Assembly: GCF_963921235.1 (NCBI RefSeq)
Contig: NC_086101.1
Coordinates: 125,612,001 to 125,676,000, forward strand
Source: Mobula hypostoma
Taxonomy: Eukaryota
Reading direction: 5' to 3'
Length of the DNA: 64,000 bases
Shown here: in pieces, positions 62,021-64,000 of the stretch
Position numbering within the stretch: position 1 is the first letter of the stretch
Layout: each line of letters begins with the position of its first letter
Notes under the pieces: model-generated
Databases searched by the model: none
What the model was told of the DNA's origin: nothing
The model's input: only the letters and a program-made list of their open reading frames with translations
Program-made: the position numbers and the translations under genes

Positions 62021-62790
62021 TAAGATTCAGATTTATTAATCACGTACATTGAAACATCGAAACATACAGTGAAATGTGTTATTTGCGTTATCAACCAATA
62101 CACCAAATGATTTGCTGGGCAACAGCCCACAAGGGTGCCACACATTCCAGTGCCAACATAGTATGACCACAATGTTCAGCAGAACAACACAAGGAGAAAC
62201 AACAACAAAGCAAGACAACAATAGCAAAACCAGCCCCTTTCTCACCATCCCACCCAGCCACCCACTCACACACAGATAGGCTTTCACCCCAGGTCAGACT
62301 ACCTCTGGGCTTCAAATCCTTGGCCCCATCTCTTAGACTCACCGTTAACTTCAGACTTCACACCAGAACTCGCTGAAGATGACCTTGATCTTCAGGCCTT
62401 GACTTTCAAACTCACACAGACCTCCAACTCCAGTGACCTGCGTTTCACCGACCCTTGTGACTCCTGCCCATACTCAGCACTCAGTGCACCTCCAATCCAG
62501 GACCGGGACTCGCTGACCTGTAGTTTGCTGATCTCCTTAGTGCCTGCTGTCGTGACCTTTGGGATCGCTGATATTCAGTCTGAAGTGCTCTGACCCAGAC
62601 TCAAACTCCTGCCCAGACTCTTCATTTACTCCTCTGCCCCACCCTCTACTCACCCTCATTCCTGTCCCTAAATCTCATGGTAATCCCTGACACCTAACTT
62701 ACCATGCTGTCCCCAAAATTATCACTACAAACTTGAAGTCTGAGCCATAACATCAATGGACATCGCAGCTCTGTGCAATCTTAGCTGGGT
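62021..62790 (-). mobile_element. Non-autonomous retroposon sharing its 3' tail with the SINE at 50420-50760
   Basis: Reverse complement of 62021-62165 parallels 50610-50755 (catactatgttggc...gtgtggca...catttcactg.atgttt.gatgttt...aataaa); the 5' part is unrelated. Confidence 0.6.
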
Positions 62791-64000
62791 TATTGTTTTA
62801 GTATTATTCTTCTATCAATCTGCTGCAGCAAAACTAGATGAACTCTTTGTGTCATTCCATTGCTCTTCCTAGGTATTACTATCTGCAAAATAGCTTTTCT
62901 CCTGCCACAGTTTTTGCAGTTCAAAATAATTTATTTAATGTGAAATATTTGAGATATCTTTGAGATATAAAGAGCACCGAGTAAATGGCAGAGTCTTCTG
63001 ATCTGAAAAAGGACAAGTGGAGGAAACTAATGCTAAAACAAAAGAAAAGGCAAGAAGGATAGTGATGTAAGTGTACTTTAGTCACTTTCGTGCAAGATTA
63101 TTACACTCCTATTGTGATCAAAGTTGGGATTCTTTTGATGCACTCCCTGATTTTCAGATCTACTGACAGATCAGTTAGGAACAGCATGCAAGTGCATAGA
63201 GTTATCTCAGATCTGAAAATAATGAACTGGAGGTGAACAGAATAATTAGAATTGAAATTGAATTTTCATGTTAAGCCATTGATATGACTTGATATGACTT
63301 GAGGTGAGTGGTGATAAAGTGTTTTAGAAATTACCTAACTGGATATTTCTTACTGATGATGGTTTTGTGGAAGCAAACTTCTTTCTATCATAGTTGTACC
63401 AATCATTTTGGGTAGAGCTATTTGGTAAGAGATGAGATATTTCCTTTGAGGTAACTGTGGACCTTTAGAGGTAGGGCACAGTAACTAGCCCTTCCATCCT
63501 TGTGAGCCTGCACTGCCCAATTACACCCAAGTGACCAGTTAAGCTACTAACCCATATGTCTTTGAAATATGAGAGGAAACCAGCACAGGCAGCCTTAAGC
63601 ATCTGGGGGCCCATTTCAAGAGTTAATATGGGGCCCTACCTTTGCTTTCCAAAGAAAAAGAAAGAAAAAAAGCGAATATTCAATTTGGTTTGCATCAATA
63701 ATGGTATAATTTGGGATTTAAATGTTGATGCATTATATGCACTTTCAGCATAATGGACAGACAGCTCAACATAATCCAAACAATTCCCTTAGTTAAAAAC
63801 TGAAACAGTGACATTTTTTGGTTTGGAGTGAGAAGCCTCACTCTTTTCAGCAACTAGTCTGCATTGAATGGCACGATGTGTTAGGTATCAGCTGACATAA
63901 GAACAGCGTAAACAATTTCCCTCTAATTAAATTAATAACAAAAGCAATGTCATATTTAACGAAAAATCACACTTTATTTATTCAATGAACAGTGTTTGAA

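Noticed and set aside
60310-64000. Exons of a neighbouring gene downstream of DNAH6
   Set aside because: No ORF with recognisable protein features or convincing splice-bounded frame on either strand; a UTR or non-coding exon cannot be excluded by eye.

Overview
Eukaryotic (vertebrate) genomic DNA, most likely a cartilaginous fish such as a ray; this is inferred from the repeat landscape only. The window holds the last 13 coding exons (1-55014, + strand) of an axonemal dynein heavy chain, recognisable as DNAH6. All have GT-AG boundaries and consistent phases, and they splice into an uninterrupted 558-aa C-terminal frame ending ...[11 protein letters not shown]. The introns and 3' flank are dense with decayed mobile elements: CR1 and Rex1/Babar LINE fragments, L2-like relics, Penelope-like elements (PLE), a Ty3/Gypsy pol relic, several solo LTRs with target-site duplications (TSDs), mariner and Tigger MITEs, and tRNA-type SINEs, often nested. 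The most notable non-obvious signal is a PLE family whose 3' repeat carries a minimal hammerhead-ribozyme core (CTGACGA-stem II-GAAACGTC). Two copies keep this core, many are decayed, and the same repeat also gives rise to short fold-back hairpins. A mariner MITE built from two inverted transposase 3' ends is also unusual. No prokaryotic features, CRISPR arrays or intact autonomous elements are seen. Repeat boundaries are approximate unless TSDs or termini are quoted.
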